This document shows positions 1 to 12,028 of a stretch of DNA of 64,000 nucleotides, piece by piece. Position 1 is the first letter of the stretch; each line of letters starts with the position of its first letter. This DNA is from Azolla caroliniana. Taxonomy: Eukaryota > Plantae > Polypodiophyta. The DNA is taken from positions 18,104,001 to 18,168,000 of the forward strand of contig JBHGNT010000007.1 of NCBI GenBank assembly GCA_043228905.1, read 5' to 3'. Under the pieces are notes generated by a model, which saw nothing but the letters and a program-made list of their open reading frames with translations, was not told where the DNA came from and did not search any database. Made by a program: the position numbers and the translations under genes.

Positions 1-472
1 TAACTAAAAGTTTGCCCTAAGTCATATTTATACTAATATGACTTTTCGGCTATTTTCAAATGTAGCCTCGATAGGCTCTCAGAAACATATTTACGAATAT
101 GTCTCCTCATCCGTTTCATACCGGGCCTGCACCATCCGGCTCTCCGTAGCTGAGTACTCCTCATCCGGTTCATACCGGGCCTGTATCATCTGGCTCTCCG
201 TAGCCGGGTACTCCTCATCCGGTTCATACCGGGCCTGCACCATTCGGCTCTCCGTAGCCGAGTACTCCTCATCCGGTTCATACCGGGCCTGCACTATCTG
301 GCTCTCCGTAGCCGGGTACTCCTCATCCGGTTCATACCAGGCTTGCACCATCCGGCTCTCCGTAGCTGGGTACTCCTCATCCGGTTTCGGCCTCGGCCTA
401 TCTGCCTAGGCCGAGTTCGTTCATCGGCACTGTTCTTCTCCCTTCCCATCCGGAGGGACCTGTTTCCCAACA
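1..472 (-). mobile_element. 5' LTR (partial, runs off the left edge) of a Tork-like Ty1/Copia element X, inserted into the pol region of Copia D
   Basis: The minus strand starts TGTTGGGAAACAGGTCCCTCCGGATGGG at 472, similar to the LTR starts at 1640, 23743 and 28129. It abuts D pol sequence (RYPLRERRAPWRFPDAEHVLL) with no PPT, so it is a 5' end. Confidence 0.8.
103..390. repeat. 54-bp tandem repeat (about 5.3 copies) inside the Copia LTR U3
   Basis: The unit CTCCTCATCCGGTTCATACCGGGCCTGCACCATCCGGCTCTCCGTAGCCGAGTA starts at 103, 157, 211, 265, 319 and 373. Confidence 0.9.
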
Positions 473-1004
473 AGCAATACGTGCTCTGCATCCGGAAATC
501 TCCAAGGGGCTCTTCTCTCCCTGAGAGGGTATCTCAGTCTTTGGCCTTCGGCAACCGGTTCCTTCGTTTGTTCCAAATCCAAATCCGATTCAAGATCTTG
601 TCTGGTCCGGGTGTCTTCTTCTTCTTCAGTTGGTTCGGTTGGTTCGGTTTCTTGTCCGATTTCAGCCGGTTCATCGAGTGTCAATCTGTTACTGGCTATC
701 TTTTTGTTTTCAACCGTTTAGGCCCTTGTGTCCTCAAACCAATGTCGTGAAGATCCGTCAATATGCACGGACCGTGAGGCAGAACCACCAAGGTTCTGGA
801 CCGGAAGGACTTGAAGTTTGCACTAGCTTTAGCGAGAAAGGAATTAAGATAGATTGAAAGAGAGAGAAATGGAGATAAGATAGAACACTTGACTTTAGAT
901 TGAGAGAACAAGATTGATACATCAATTGGATATCGAATTTCTTACTTCTAATCTCTTGATTAATACATCAATTGGATAACGAATTTTCTTCTTAATATTA
1001 ATTT

Positions 1005-1640
1005 TGACAGGAATACGCCCCCCCTAAGCTATGCTCGGCCACAACCGAGACGTCGTATCAAACAGAGAAAACAGGGATGTGGAGAGATGTATCTACACAC
1101 AAAACAATAAAGAAGAGAGTGCACTGGATGTTGACGTGGAAAACCCAAATATGGGAAAAACCACGGCAGCTCTCACACTGCAAAATATCACTATATCAAG
1201 ATTACAACAATGGGGAACAAAGGCAACGACCTCTTGCTCCCTCACTTCGCCACCAGGCGGTTACAACAGAGGTAGCAGCCTCTTCCTCTCTTGTCCTCTC
1301 TCTCTTTACACAGTTGCGCTCAGAATTATCGCCCCCACGATAATCACACAACCAACTCTACATCATTAACAATCAAGTTTGCCCTAGGTCATATTTATAC
1401 TAATATGACTTTCAGGTTATTTACAAATATAGCCCCGGTGGGCTCTCTGGAACATATTTACATATATGTCCCTTCATCCGGTCAGAGGTTCTCACCAGGC
1501 TTGCAACATCCGGTTCTCACCAGGTCTTCCGTTGCCGGGTACTCCACATCCGGATTCGGCCTTGGCCTATCGGCCTCGACCGAGTTGCTCATCAACACTG
1601 TTCTTCTCACTTCCCATCCGGAGGGACTTGTTTCCTAACA
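1005..1640 (-). mobile_element. Solo LTR of a Tork-like Copia
   Basis: TG...CA ends, homology to the F/G/D LTRs, and a perfect 5-bp TSD AATTT (1000-1004 / 1641-1645). Confidence 0.9.
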
Positions 1641-2258
1641 AATTTTGATATAAAGTACCAAGCTTTTCTTTTGATCTTTTTCATCCACCCTTTTATAGAT
1701 GCTCCCATGCATATGATGCATGTGAGGGTACAAGACATGCATACAATGTATGGAATGCATATGATGCATGTTTGCCATTTGGCGCTCATGCGTCACATGT
1801 CACTCCATCAAGCTCTAATATGAGAATTTACATGTAAAGTGTTGAGAGACAAGCTCAACATCGGCCAGATCGGCTGAAGAAGCCGAGGACTGGAGAAGCT
1901 GAGGACTGGATCTGTTGGGACCGATCGGTTAGGCCGAATGCGTAAACCGGGAGGCCGTTAGGAAAGATATTCCGTGAGGAATATATTTGGGAGTTAGTGT
2001 AGGAGCTCTTAAAGAGCATTGAAGTATGGTCAGTACTTCAGTCAGTCCTTCGAGGACTTGTATAAAAGTGTTCATGAACCACACGTATGTATAGAGTAGT
2101 GAATCGAGATTTTGTTGTTGTTGAATATAGTTCTTGTGTTCTCTCTCACTCTCTCTGTCTCTCCCGCGTATACTGCGTAAGCTCAAGCTCTCCATTAAAC
2201 CTGAGTTTTCTTCCTTCTGTTCCGTCTTCATACCTGCTTCCGCACGCTACTTTCTACA

Positions 2259-2270
2259 TGGTATCAGAGC
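2259..2270 (+). promoter_or_regulatory. Primer-binding site (initiator tRNA-Met) of Copia A
   Basis: Canonical TGGTATCAGAGC directly after the 5' LTR CA. Confidence 0.95.
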
Positions 2271-2327
2271 GCGAGGGTTGAGAACCTCTCTGCAGCCGAC
2301 ACAGCTTGACGAAGAAGAACAAGAAGA

Positions 2328-4317
2328 ATGATGGATAGAGGCATGGCGAGCTCGCTTGCAACAGAGAAGCTCGACAGAACCAACTACGCGTCTTGGTCTT
2401 ACAAGATGCACCAGTACCTGCTCGGGCACGGCTACTGGAGTTATGTCGAAGGAGCTAATGACGCGGCACCCGAATCGACACACACAGACTTCCCGTCGTG
2501 GGAGCAATCGGCGAGCAGGGTATTGTACTGCTTCGTGTCGTGTGTGGGCGAACAACTATTGAGCTATGTTCGGGATGCAAAGACGCCGAAGGGTGCATGG
2601 GAAAATCTGAAGAAGATTTTTGCCGCGAGCACCACAGCCAGGAAGCTTCAGCTCCGACAGGAGTTGAGCAACCTACGATAACGCGACTTGTCGATGGCGG
2701 ACTATACCTCGAAGATCAAGGATATGTGCGACTCCCTCGCCTCCATAGAGGTGAACATCGAGGAGAGCGAGATGGTCCAGATCTATCTCAGAGGTTTGGC
2801 GTCGAAGTTCGGAGCGTTCCGAACGGCAGTGTGTACCTGGGAGAATACGCCGTCCTTTTTCGACTTACAGTCAATGCTCCTGGTGGAGGAGAACCACGCG
2901 GGTGCGTCTACAAGCACGCACATCGACAGCAAAATGTTGTACATGGAGGGAGATAGGCCCCGTGGACGTGGAGGACGAGGCGAGTCGACGCGCAATGGAG
3001 GCGGCCAACGAGATCAAGGAAGAAGGCACCGAAGTGATGCCAACAGCAACTCCGGACCCTCCGAAAATAGGAGGAGTCGAAGCGATGAGAACCGGCAAGG
3101 GAAGGCCATCGCGGAGTGCTGGTACTGTGGCAAGAAAGGCCACAGGGAAAGTGAGTGTTGGAAGAAGTGCGCCGATTCGGAGAGAACCGGTTACGAAAAT
3201 GGCTCCGAACATACCGACAAGGGAAATCGGCAGCGATCGCACTACGCCGAAGACTCTGGGAGAGTCGGAGAAGGTTCTACTTTCGTGACGAGACACGAAG
3301 CAAACTCAATGAAACGGACCACCCCGAGATCGGACGAGGTGTGGTATGTAGACTCCGGCGCGTCAAACCACATGATGAGCCATAAGGAGTGGTTCTCGTA
3401 CCTCGAAAAACCAATACACCCTAGAGTAGTCGCAACTGGAGACGACACTTCGCATCCGATCGCGAATGTCGGAGAAGTTCCCCTTAGCCATGTCGGGCAG
3501 AAAGGGAAACTCATGAACGTGTTGCACGTTCCGACAATCACGAAGAACTTGGTCTCGGTCGGACAGATCGTCGACCAAGGGATGGAGGTTCGGTTTACAC
3601 ACCTCCGGTGCTTCATTGAGGAAGAAGGCCATGTGATTGCGCAAGGGCGCAGAGACAGGAGGATGTTCATCCTCGACTCCACTGACGGCGGCACCGCAAT
3701 GTTCGCGAAGGGACAAAAACCCGAGTCGGACATCGACTTGTGGCACAAGTGGATAGGCCACGTCAACTATCAGCGGCTTCAAGATCTGCAATCGAAACAG
3801 GTAGTGTTCGGATTGCCCAAATTTAGTGGCCGAAAGACACAAATTTGTGAAGCCTGCCAACTCGGGAAGCAACACCGACTTCCTTTCCCCAACGAGCAAA
3901 ACCGGAGCCGGAATAAGCTCGACCTTATACACTCCGATGTATGGGGGCCGGCACAAAACGTTAGTCTTGGCAGGAGCCGATATTTCGTCTCCTTCATCGA
4001 CGACCACACGCGGCACACGTGGATCTACCTCATTGAGAGGAAGAGCGAAGTCTTCGACTGTTTCTGGGACCTCAAAGGGTTCGTGGAAACAGAAACGGGA
4101 CGAAAGATCAAGTGTCTGCGGTCGGATGGCGGGAAAGAGTACTTTTCCGGTCAATTCAACGATTATCTACAACAAATGGGAATTCGGCGCAAATTCAGTT
4201 GTAGATACACGCCGGAGCAGAATGGCGTGGCCGAGAGGAAGAATCGGTCAGTTGTGGAAGCGGCACGGGCAATGCTGGAGGAGAAGAGCTTGCCCAAGTT
4301 CTACTGGGCTGAGGCGA
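2328..4317 (+). pseudogene. Copia A gag-protease-integrase (N-terminal part)
   Basis: Zinc knuckle CWYCGKKGHRESEC, protease WYVDSGASNHM, GAG-pre-integrase WHKWIGH...CEAC and integrase core (HSDVWGP, LRSDGGKEY, PEQNGVAER). In-frame TAA at 2679-2681. Cut by B at WAEA|VRT. Confidence 0.93.
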
Positions 4318-4830
4318 TGTCGTGCTGATTTTCGGCAATCGTGTGAAAATCCCATAAAACGTACGAAATCGAGTATGAATCACGTAATACAATAATTGTG
4401 AAGAAAACTTTTTTAATATCTAAGTACAAAATGATGGAGGTTTCGAATGCACTTTATTACACGAGAAATGGACAACTAAATGTCAAGATATGAGGGTATA
4501 AAGTTTGTGAAAAGAAAAGAGAAAATTGTGAGATATCCCACATATGCACGACAAATACGGCTCTCATCATATATAAGGTGGAGCAAAAGATATTATCTTT
4601 GTGTCTATGTATGGAGCATAGAGAGTTCAAGGTAACTTGAACTAAGAGTGGAGGTGGCTAGCTACTCGTAAAGGGTTTTGGCCAACCAAAACCAGACCGG
4701 CGATGGAGTCGGGTATCCGGCGGCGGCACCGGTATCCAGCGTCGGTATCCGGCGAACCGGCGTCCGGTGACTAGATAAAATAAATATATAAATATATATA
4801 CATATTTACATATACAAGGAGGGCAAGCAT

Positions 4831-4884
4831 GGATTCAAACCTTGCACCTCCAAGTTAGGAGTCAATTGGTTTACCATTAAGCCA
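4831..4884 (-). promoter_or_regulatory. tRNA-like Pol III A-box/B-box module in the B LTR (copies near 11570-11625 and in S at 18838-18891)
   Basis: Minus strand TGGCTTAATGG (A-box) and GGTTTGAATCC (B-box), with starts 43 nt apart. Confidence 0.6.
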
Positions 4885-5295
4885 TGCTATTTAGTTAAAA
4901 TTATATTTCTATCATTGTACTTTTACATGTAAATTCTCATACATGAGAGCTAAAATGAGTGACATGGTTAGCATGCACCACATGTAATACTTAAGCGCCA
5001 AATGGCAAACATGCAATTTATGCATGTCTTGTACCCTCACATGCATCATATGCATGAGAGCATCTATAAAAGAGGGAAGGGGGAGGAAAAAAAAAACACG
5101 GTTTTTTTTATGAAAATTAAGAGGAAGAAATTCGTTATCAAATCAATCGTGTAATCTCAACTTCTCTCTTTCCCAATCTATCTTAAGTACTTTCTCGCCA
5201 AAGCTTGTATCGACTCTAAATCCTTCTGGTCCAGAACCCCGGCGGTTCCGCCTCACGATCTGCGCGTAGTGACGGATCTTCACGACATAATAAAG

Positions 5296-5313
5296 TGGTG
5301 AACCCGACGTGAA
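5296..5313 (+). promoter_or_regulatory. Primer-binding site complementary to the tRNA-Trp 3' end
   Basis: TGGTGAACCCGACGTGAA is the reverse complement of the plant tRNA-Trp(CCA) 3' end ...TTCACGTCGGGTTCACCA (from recall). The same site occurs in C, E (degenerate) and H. Confidence 0.85.
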
Positions 5314-5348
5314 AGAGGCGGTAGGAAGGATCAAGTCGAGATTAATAC

Positions 5349-7553
5349 TTGGAGATGGCGTCCTCAAGCAACCAAGCAGGAGAGCTTGAAAGGATGATGC
5401 TAATCGTCGAGCAAATGATGAGATCTCGGGACAACGACGCGAGCATGGAGAAGGCTGTCGATCGTGTTGTAGAGCTCGAGGGCCAATTCGATGGAAGGAA
5501 CGTTACGAAGTTCCTTGATGCATATAAGAGGGAGATGAATCAAAGGGACGTGTCCAAGGCACGTCAAATCGCAAGCTTCAAGAGAGTTGTCGCCAATAAC
5601 ATCCAAAGACGCGTCATCGAGCTTCAAGAAGGTAAGACAACATGGTCCGAGTTCGAGAAAACGATACTAGCGGAGTTCGTGACTGAAGACTCAATGAGGA
5701 TGACTCGACATGCCCTGATGAAGTGGATAGAGAAGAAGAATAAGAAGATGAGCGTCTCGAGGGTGTACAACGAATTCGACCAGATGTTTAGTCGTCTCCC
5801 CAATACGGACCAAGTGTTGCTTGAAGAGGACAAGACTTTGTACTTCTTGAAGACCGTGGACATAAAGGATAGACGGGAGTTAGGGACTCTTCTCGAAGAT
5901 GATACCCAAGCAAATGGGCTCGTAGCGGACTGGATCGTGGTGAAGCGAGCATGCAATAGGCTCGACAAGCATCGCCAATGGGTTGATGACACCGACATGA
6001 CGGGACCGACTACCACGGAGAAAGCAAGACCGCCGAAAGTAGCTGAGCCGCCGAGACAAAGTAACGTGGAAGAAAAGAAGATTGATGACGACATCATTGA
6101 AGAGCTAGCGAAGAAGTTCGAGAAGGTCACGCTAGCCAACATGAATCGTCAGGGCCCTAAAGGAAAAGAACCCTTTAGATGCGTGTGGTGCGATGGCATG
6201 GACCACATGAGAAGGGATTGTGCGAGCCTTCGAGAGGCGATTCGACAAAATATCGTATACATAGAGGACAACATGATCTGCTCAAGCGAGACTAGAAGAC
6301 CCCTACGGGTGAATTTCGGAAGAGGAGGAATGAAGAAATCTATGGAGGATGCCGATGCGACTCATGTGGATGCGATGCACTATGCTGTGTCGGCCGGAAT
6401 AAGAGTCGGGAAAGACAAGACTGAAGCTGCTAGAGCGGGAGCAAAGTTTTGGACTTCCGTTCTCGAATATGAGAAGAAGGGAAAAGTCACATCGAACGAG
6501 GTAGAGCTTGCGGACCGAAACGTGCAAAGCATAACCGGGTGGTCGGATCCGGTGGACGACAACACCATACTCGCAGAGGTGATGTGCGACAACCACGAGG
6601 TGTTCGTCGAAGAAAAGAGAAAGAGAATAGAAGAGCAAGGCCCATCTAAAAGACATGAAACAAGGAATGCGAAAAAGAAGGACAATGCGGAGACGAGTCG
6701 ACCTTTACAAACGGAGGAACGAGAATCAAGCCGAAAAGGGGAGCCGAGCATACGAGTTGAAGAAACGGTGCGGCCCGTGAAGGTTGGTGTCGAAGACCCC
6801 GCTCGGAGGACAAGGACTATACCTACCTATAAGCTAAGGTCGGACATAGAGCAGACGACGAACCTAAAGAAGATTCTCGAAGAACGAGTTCTTGATAGCC
6901 ACGTAACTTTGTCCTTGAGGGAATTGCTTGGCATTATGAAGAAGGAGTTCCACGACACGATCGTGGACCTTGTAAAGAGAAAGAGACAACAATCGAACGA
7001 GGAAGAAGAGAAGCCGCAAAAAGCAAAAACGAATGCCATAACGATGGCAAGAGACGAAATCGATGAAGATATGATGGACAGCCACTACACTCGACCTCAT
7101 TGGGCACGAGCGACAACAGAGACGCCGGTGAAGATCGGGGAGAAGAAAGAGACCGTCGTAGCCTTGATCGACCACGGCTCGGAGATCAACCTCATGTCAA
7201 CCGACTTCTACAAAAAGGGAAGATGGCCAATCAATACAAACCACGGATGGAAGATTCGCGCGGCAACAAAGTCTACGGAGGACTTGTACGGAGCTTGACC
7301 CAATGTCAAAGTCACGATCGGGGATGTGGAGATGGATCAACACTTCTTCGTACAAGAATCGGCGTCGCATCCTGTCATCCTAGGGCAACCTTATATCACA
7401 TCATCTCGGATGGAGACCAGAGTGTTCGATAATGGAGCAGCCTTCGCACGAATAAAGAGTCTTGACAACCAAAGATCGGTCCAATTCCTAACGGTGCGAG
7501 CCAATCATGAAAGGAATCGAGATAGTCTCGGAGGCGAATCCTCAGATTTTTAG
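5349..7553 (+). pseudogene. Gypsy B gag-protease ORF
   Basis: Gag with CCHC knuckle CVWCDGMDHMRRDC and aspartic protease VALIDHGSEINLM...HPVILGQPY. One in-frame TGA at 7296-7298. Ends GAT TTT TAG. Confidence 0.9.
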
Positions 7554-10500
7554 AGCGGACTATTGAAGCATGGGGCACAAATAGTTCGAGCAATCACAAG
7601 ACCCCACAAGAAAGAAGAGTGCGTGGATTGCAAGGAGAAGCAACATGTGTCACACCTAGTGGCGCATGTAAACTAGTACTACCCGACAAGAAGCACAAGC
7701 GCCGGATACAAGAATTCGAGAAGATGCTGAAAGAAGAGAATATAATAGAAGAAGGAGAGTTCGTGACTCATATTATGGAAGAAGCCTCATTTAACGACAC
7801 CATCGGCGAAATCGAGGACATCGTGGACTTGAGCTATCTTCACAACCAACGCGTGATTTCGGTTAACTCCGTCAACATGTACGCTATCATCGATGAATAC
7901 CGTCGTGGCATCTCGATGAAGGAAGCTGACATCAACACGAAATATAAAACGGTGGATAAGAAGATGAAGCCAGTTGCGGTTCCGCTACCGGAAGATAGCT
8001 GGCAAAAGATGAAGGAAGTCGCTAACGATCCAAGCTTAAGAGATCCGAAGAAGATAGGTCATGACTTCACCAAAGAGACGAAGGGGAAGCTACGAGTTGG
8101 AAAGGAGGATTTCCTTCTCCCTAAAGAGGAGCGAATGTTTCGCAATATGCTTGAGAGACATGGGAAGGCTTTCGCATTCTTCCCACGAGAAATCGGATGC
8201 GTCGACCCAAAGGTTATAAAGCCAATGGTGATCTTCACGGTGCCTCATGTGCCTTGGAATTTGAAACCGATACCGGTTCCAAGAGCACACCTTCCGAAGC
8301 TGATCGAGCTCTTAAAGGAGAAGGTGAGTATGGGAATTCTAGAACCGTCGAATGCTCCTTATTCCAATAGGTGGTTCACGGTGCCGAAGAAGAATGGATC
8401 ATTGCGATTCATCCAAGATCTTCAACCCGTCAACAAGGTGACAATTCAAAATGCCGGAATCGGTCCGAGCGTGGACGAATTTGCCGAAGCGTTTGCGGGC
8501 CGGTCCATCTACTCCATTGGCGATCTCTACTCCGGATATGACCAATTCCAATTGGCGATCGACAGTCGGGACATTACAACCATGAGGACTCCGATCGGGC
8601 TTGTGCGGATGTGTACCTTACCCCAAGGCGCAACGAACTCGGTGGCTCATATGGTGAATGCCATGAATAAAGTCTTGAAGGATTGCATTCCGGACATCAC
8701 GATGCCATTCTTGGATGATATTCTGATAAAAGGATGTTCGGATGAGGAGAAAGATGAATCGAAAGATAAGGAAGGATCATATGAAAGATTGCGAGAAGGT
8801 GCTTCAAAGGCTCGAAGATGCGAATTTGACATTTTCGGGAGAAAAATCCGCATTTGGGCAACCAGAGATCTTGGTGGTAGGTCACTTGTGTGGAGCATAC
8901 GGCCGGAAGCCCTCGCCATCCAAAGTGAACGCAATCCAAGACATGAAAGAAGAATGCGAAAACCAAACGGAGGTTCGAAGGTTCCTTGGAGTGTGCGCGT
9001 TTTATCATATATGGATTCCTCACTACGCTCATGTCGCCGAACCGTTATATGGACTACTAAAGAAAAGAATAAAGTTCAAATGGCGAGACGAGCACACAGA
9101 GGCGATGCGAAGATTAAAGAAACTGCTTCTTGAAGCTCCGGCACTAAGGAAGGCCGACTATGCCGAAGGGAAACCAATTTACGTGACCGTAGATACGAGC
9201 CCAACCGGAATCGGGTGGGTCATCAATCAAGAAGGTGAAGATAATGCGCGATATGCCGTCCGGTTCAGAGCAAAGGTTCTCAGCGAACGGCAACAAAGAT
9301 ATGCCCAAGTCAAGCGGGAACTTTGAGGTATTGTGTCGGCAGTGAAGATAGACAAAGATTACCTGATTGGGTCAGAAGTGATAATAGAGACAGATTGTCT
9401 CCCAATTCTCGGAATGGTCTCGGGATGTGCGACCCCAGATCTTGCTATGCTAAGGTGGATCGCCTACATCAAGTCTTTAAACCCAGAGATCCGTCACATC
9501 GCAGGGAAGAAGAACGCCATGGCTGACATGCTGTCGAGGGCAAGATTTTCAAATGGAAGTAACATGGTTTCGGAAGATGAAGATGTCGCCCTCAACTTCT
9601 TCAAGATGGCTCGATTGTCGGCGGAAGACCAGGACACGCAAACCCTCCACACCTTCAACGAGAACGAGTACGAAGGAGAATGGTTACTCATCGGTAGATT
9701 CCTAAGAACATTGACGATATATGCTTCGTTAACAAAGGAGGAGGCCCTACGAATCCGAAAGAAAGCTTACCGATACTTCTTGAAGGGAGGATTCCTTTGG
9801 CGACATCCAAAAAGAAGGACAGGAATACCACGTCGAGTGGTGGTAAAGAAAGAAGAGCAAGAGACGTTGATGACCGAATTCCACGAGAGTGCTTGGGCAG
9901 GTCATAGAGGAACATGGGCGACGTTCGAAAAATTGAAGGAGAAGTATTGGTGGCCAAGCATCTACAAAGATGTACTCCATTTCGTGTCCACATGTGAAAC
10001 TTGCCAAATATATTCAAATATACGTCATCGTGATGAGTTAAAGCCGACATACCCACTCACCATTCACTTCAAATGGATGGTGGATCTGGTCTCGATGCCA
10101 ATGGGAGTGGGACAAATGAAGTACTTGGCGCTCACAAGGGAAGACTTGACAAATCAAGTGGAAGGACGAGCCTTGACAAATAAGACGACTTCAGCCGTTT
10201 GTAAATTTTTACTTGAAGATGTTGTTTGCCGATATGGATGTGTAGGGAAGATAGTGGCCGACCGAGGGGAGTTGGACGCGCACGAAGCGACGGAGCTCTT
10301 CGAAAGACTAGGCGTGAAGCTCTCCCTCACGACTGCCTACAATCCGGAAGCAAATGGGAAGATCGAGCGAGGGCATGGACCTATCATTAAAGCCATCGTA
10401 CGGGCATGCAACGGTCGAGTTGGGAATTGGCCACGACTATTACCCTATGCCTTGTGGGCCAATAGAACGACACATAGCTCGGTGATAGGGTATATGCCGA

Positions 10501-11018
10501 CGGAGCTTATGTATGGACAAAAGCCGATTATGCCCATCGAAAGGACGATCGCCTCATGGGTAGCGATACCGTGGGAGAACGAGATGAGCCGAGAAGAGTT
10601 ATTAGCGGCGCGGATAAGGCAACTTGAAAGAAGACCTGAAGATTTAGAAAAAGCGCGAAAGATGATGAAGGCAGCCCGAGTAAAGAACAAAGTTCGGTTC
10701 GACAACACGCATCGACTTCGTCCCAAGAAGATTGAAGAAGGGGATTGGGTTTTGGTTTACGACAACAACCTTGACAATCAACATAGTACAACAAGGAAGT
10801 TCGCAAGAAGATGGTTCGGGCCGTATGTGGTGACAAGTGCCAACGATAATGCCACATACCACCTCGCGGAACTAGACGGATCAAGGTTGGCCGTACCCAT
10901 TGCGGGAAAAAGAGTAAAGTTTTTCAAGAAAAGACAAGACAAGGATCCTAACCTCGATTACCTCGACGATGCACATAATAGGCCGGATGAAAATGAAGAC
11001 ATGGAGGAATCTAATTGA
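7544..11018 (+). pseudogene. Gypsy B RT-RNaseH-integrase (-1 frame relative to gag)
   Basis: RT motifs DLYSGYDQF, LPQGATNS and FLDD; RNase H VDTSPTGIG; integrase HESAWAGH...CETCQ, DRGE, NGKIER and GPY. Frameshifting deletion near 8775 and TGA at 9324-9326. Confidence 0.92.
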
Positions 11019-12028
11019 TCATCGTAGCCGAAATCTCACTTCTTCTCTTCTTGGCACGTACCAGAGGACATGCGGTTTGGTGGGGGTGGATGTCGTGAAG
11101 ATTTTCGGCAATAGTGTGAAAATCCCATAAAACGTACGAAATCGAGTATGAATCACGTAATACAATAATTGTGAAGAAAACTTTTTTAATATCTAAGTAC
11201 AAAATGATGGAGGTTTCGAATGCACTTTATTACACGAGAAATGGACAACTAAATGTCAAGATATGAGGGTATAAAGTTTGTGAAAAGAAAAGAGAAAATT
11301 GTGAGATATCCCACATATGCACGACAAATACGGCTCTCATCATATATAAGGTGGAGCAAAAGATATTATCTTTGTGTCTATGTATGGAGCATAGAGAGTT
11401 CAAGGTAACTTGAACTAAGAGTGGAGGTGGCTAGCTACTCGTAAAGGGTTTTGGCCAACCAAAACCAGACCGGCGATGGAGTCGGGTATCCGGCGAACCG
11501 GCGTCCGGTGACTAGATAAAATAAATATATAAATATATATACATATTTACATATACAAGGAGGGCAAGCATGGATTCAAACCTTGCACCTCCAAGTTAAG
11601 AGTCAATTGGCTTACCATTAAGCCATGCTATTTAGTTGAAATTATATTTCTATCATTGTACTTTTACATGTAAATTCTCATACATGAGAGCTAAAATGAG
11701 TGACATGGTTAGCATGCACCACATGTAATACTTAAGCGCCAAATGGCAAACATGCAATTTATGCATGTCTTGTACCCTCACATGCATTATATGCATGAGA
11801 GCATCTATAAAAGAGGGAAGGGGGAGGAAAAAAAAAACACGGTTTTTTTTATGAAAATTAAGAGGAAGAAATTCGTTATCAAATCAATCGTGTAATCTCA
11901 ACTTCTCTCTTTCCCAATCTATCTTAAGTACTTTCTCGCCAAAGCTTGTATCGACTCTAAATCCTTCTGGTCCAGAACCCCGGCGGTTCCGCCTCACGAT
12001 CCGCGCGTAGTGACGGATCTTCATGACA

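Larger units (their letters stand above)
4318..12028 (+). mobile_element. Gypsy B: full-length non-chromovirus Ty3/Gypsy (Phygy/Selgy-like), tRNA-Trp primed
   Basis: LTRs at 4318-5287 and 11091-12028 (TGTCGTG...CAYGACA; 32-bp indel). 4-bp TSD GCGA/GCGG, and removing B restores the host frame EAVR. PBS at 5296-5313. gag-PR is followed by RT-RH-INT with no chromodomain. Confidence 0.95.

Noticed and set aside
103-390. Possible CRISPR array, and repetitive ORFs 38-409 and 91-351
   Set aside because: The units are head-to-tail 54-bp repeats with no unique spacers and lie inside a Copia LTR. The ORFs are by-products of a unit length divisible by 3.
3242-4154. Numerous overlapping antisense ORFs across the gag-pol regions
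   Set aside because: These are shadow ORFs of GC-rich coding sequence and are not conserved between related elements in the window.
4821-4895. Functional tRNA genes in the LTRs
   Set aside because: The acceptor and anticodon stems do not pair convincingly. Only the A/B boxes and a T-arm-like stem are retained, so they are reported as tRNA-like modules.
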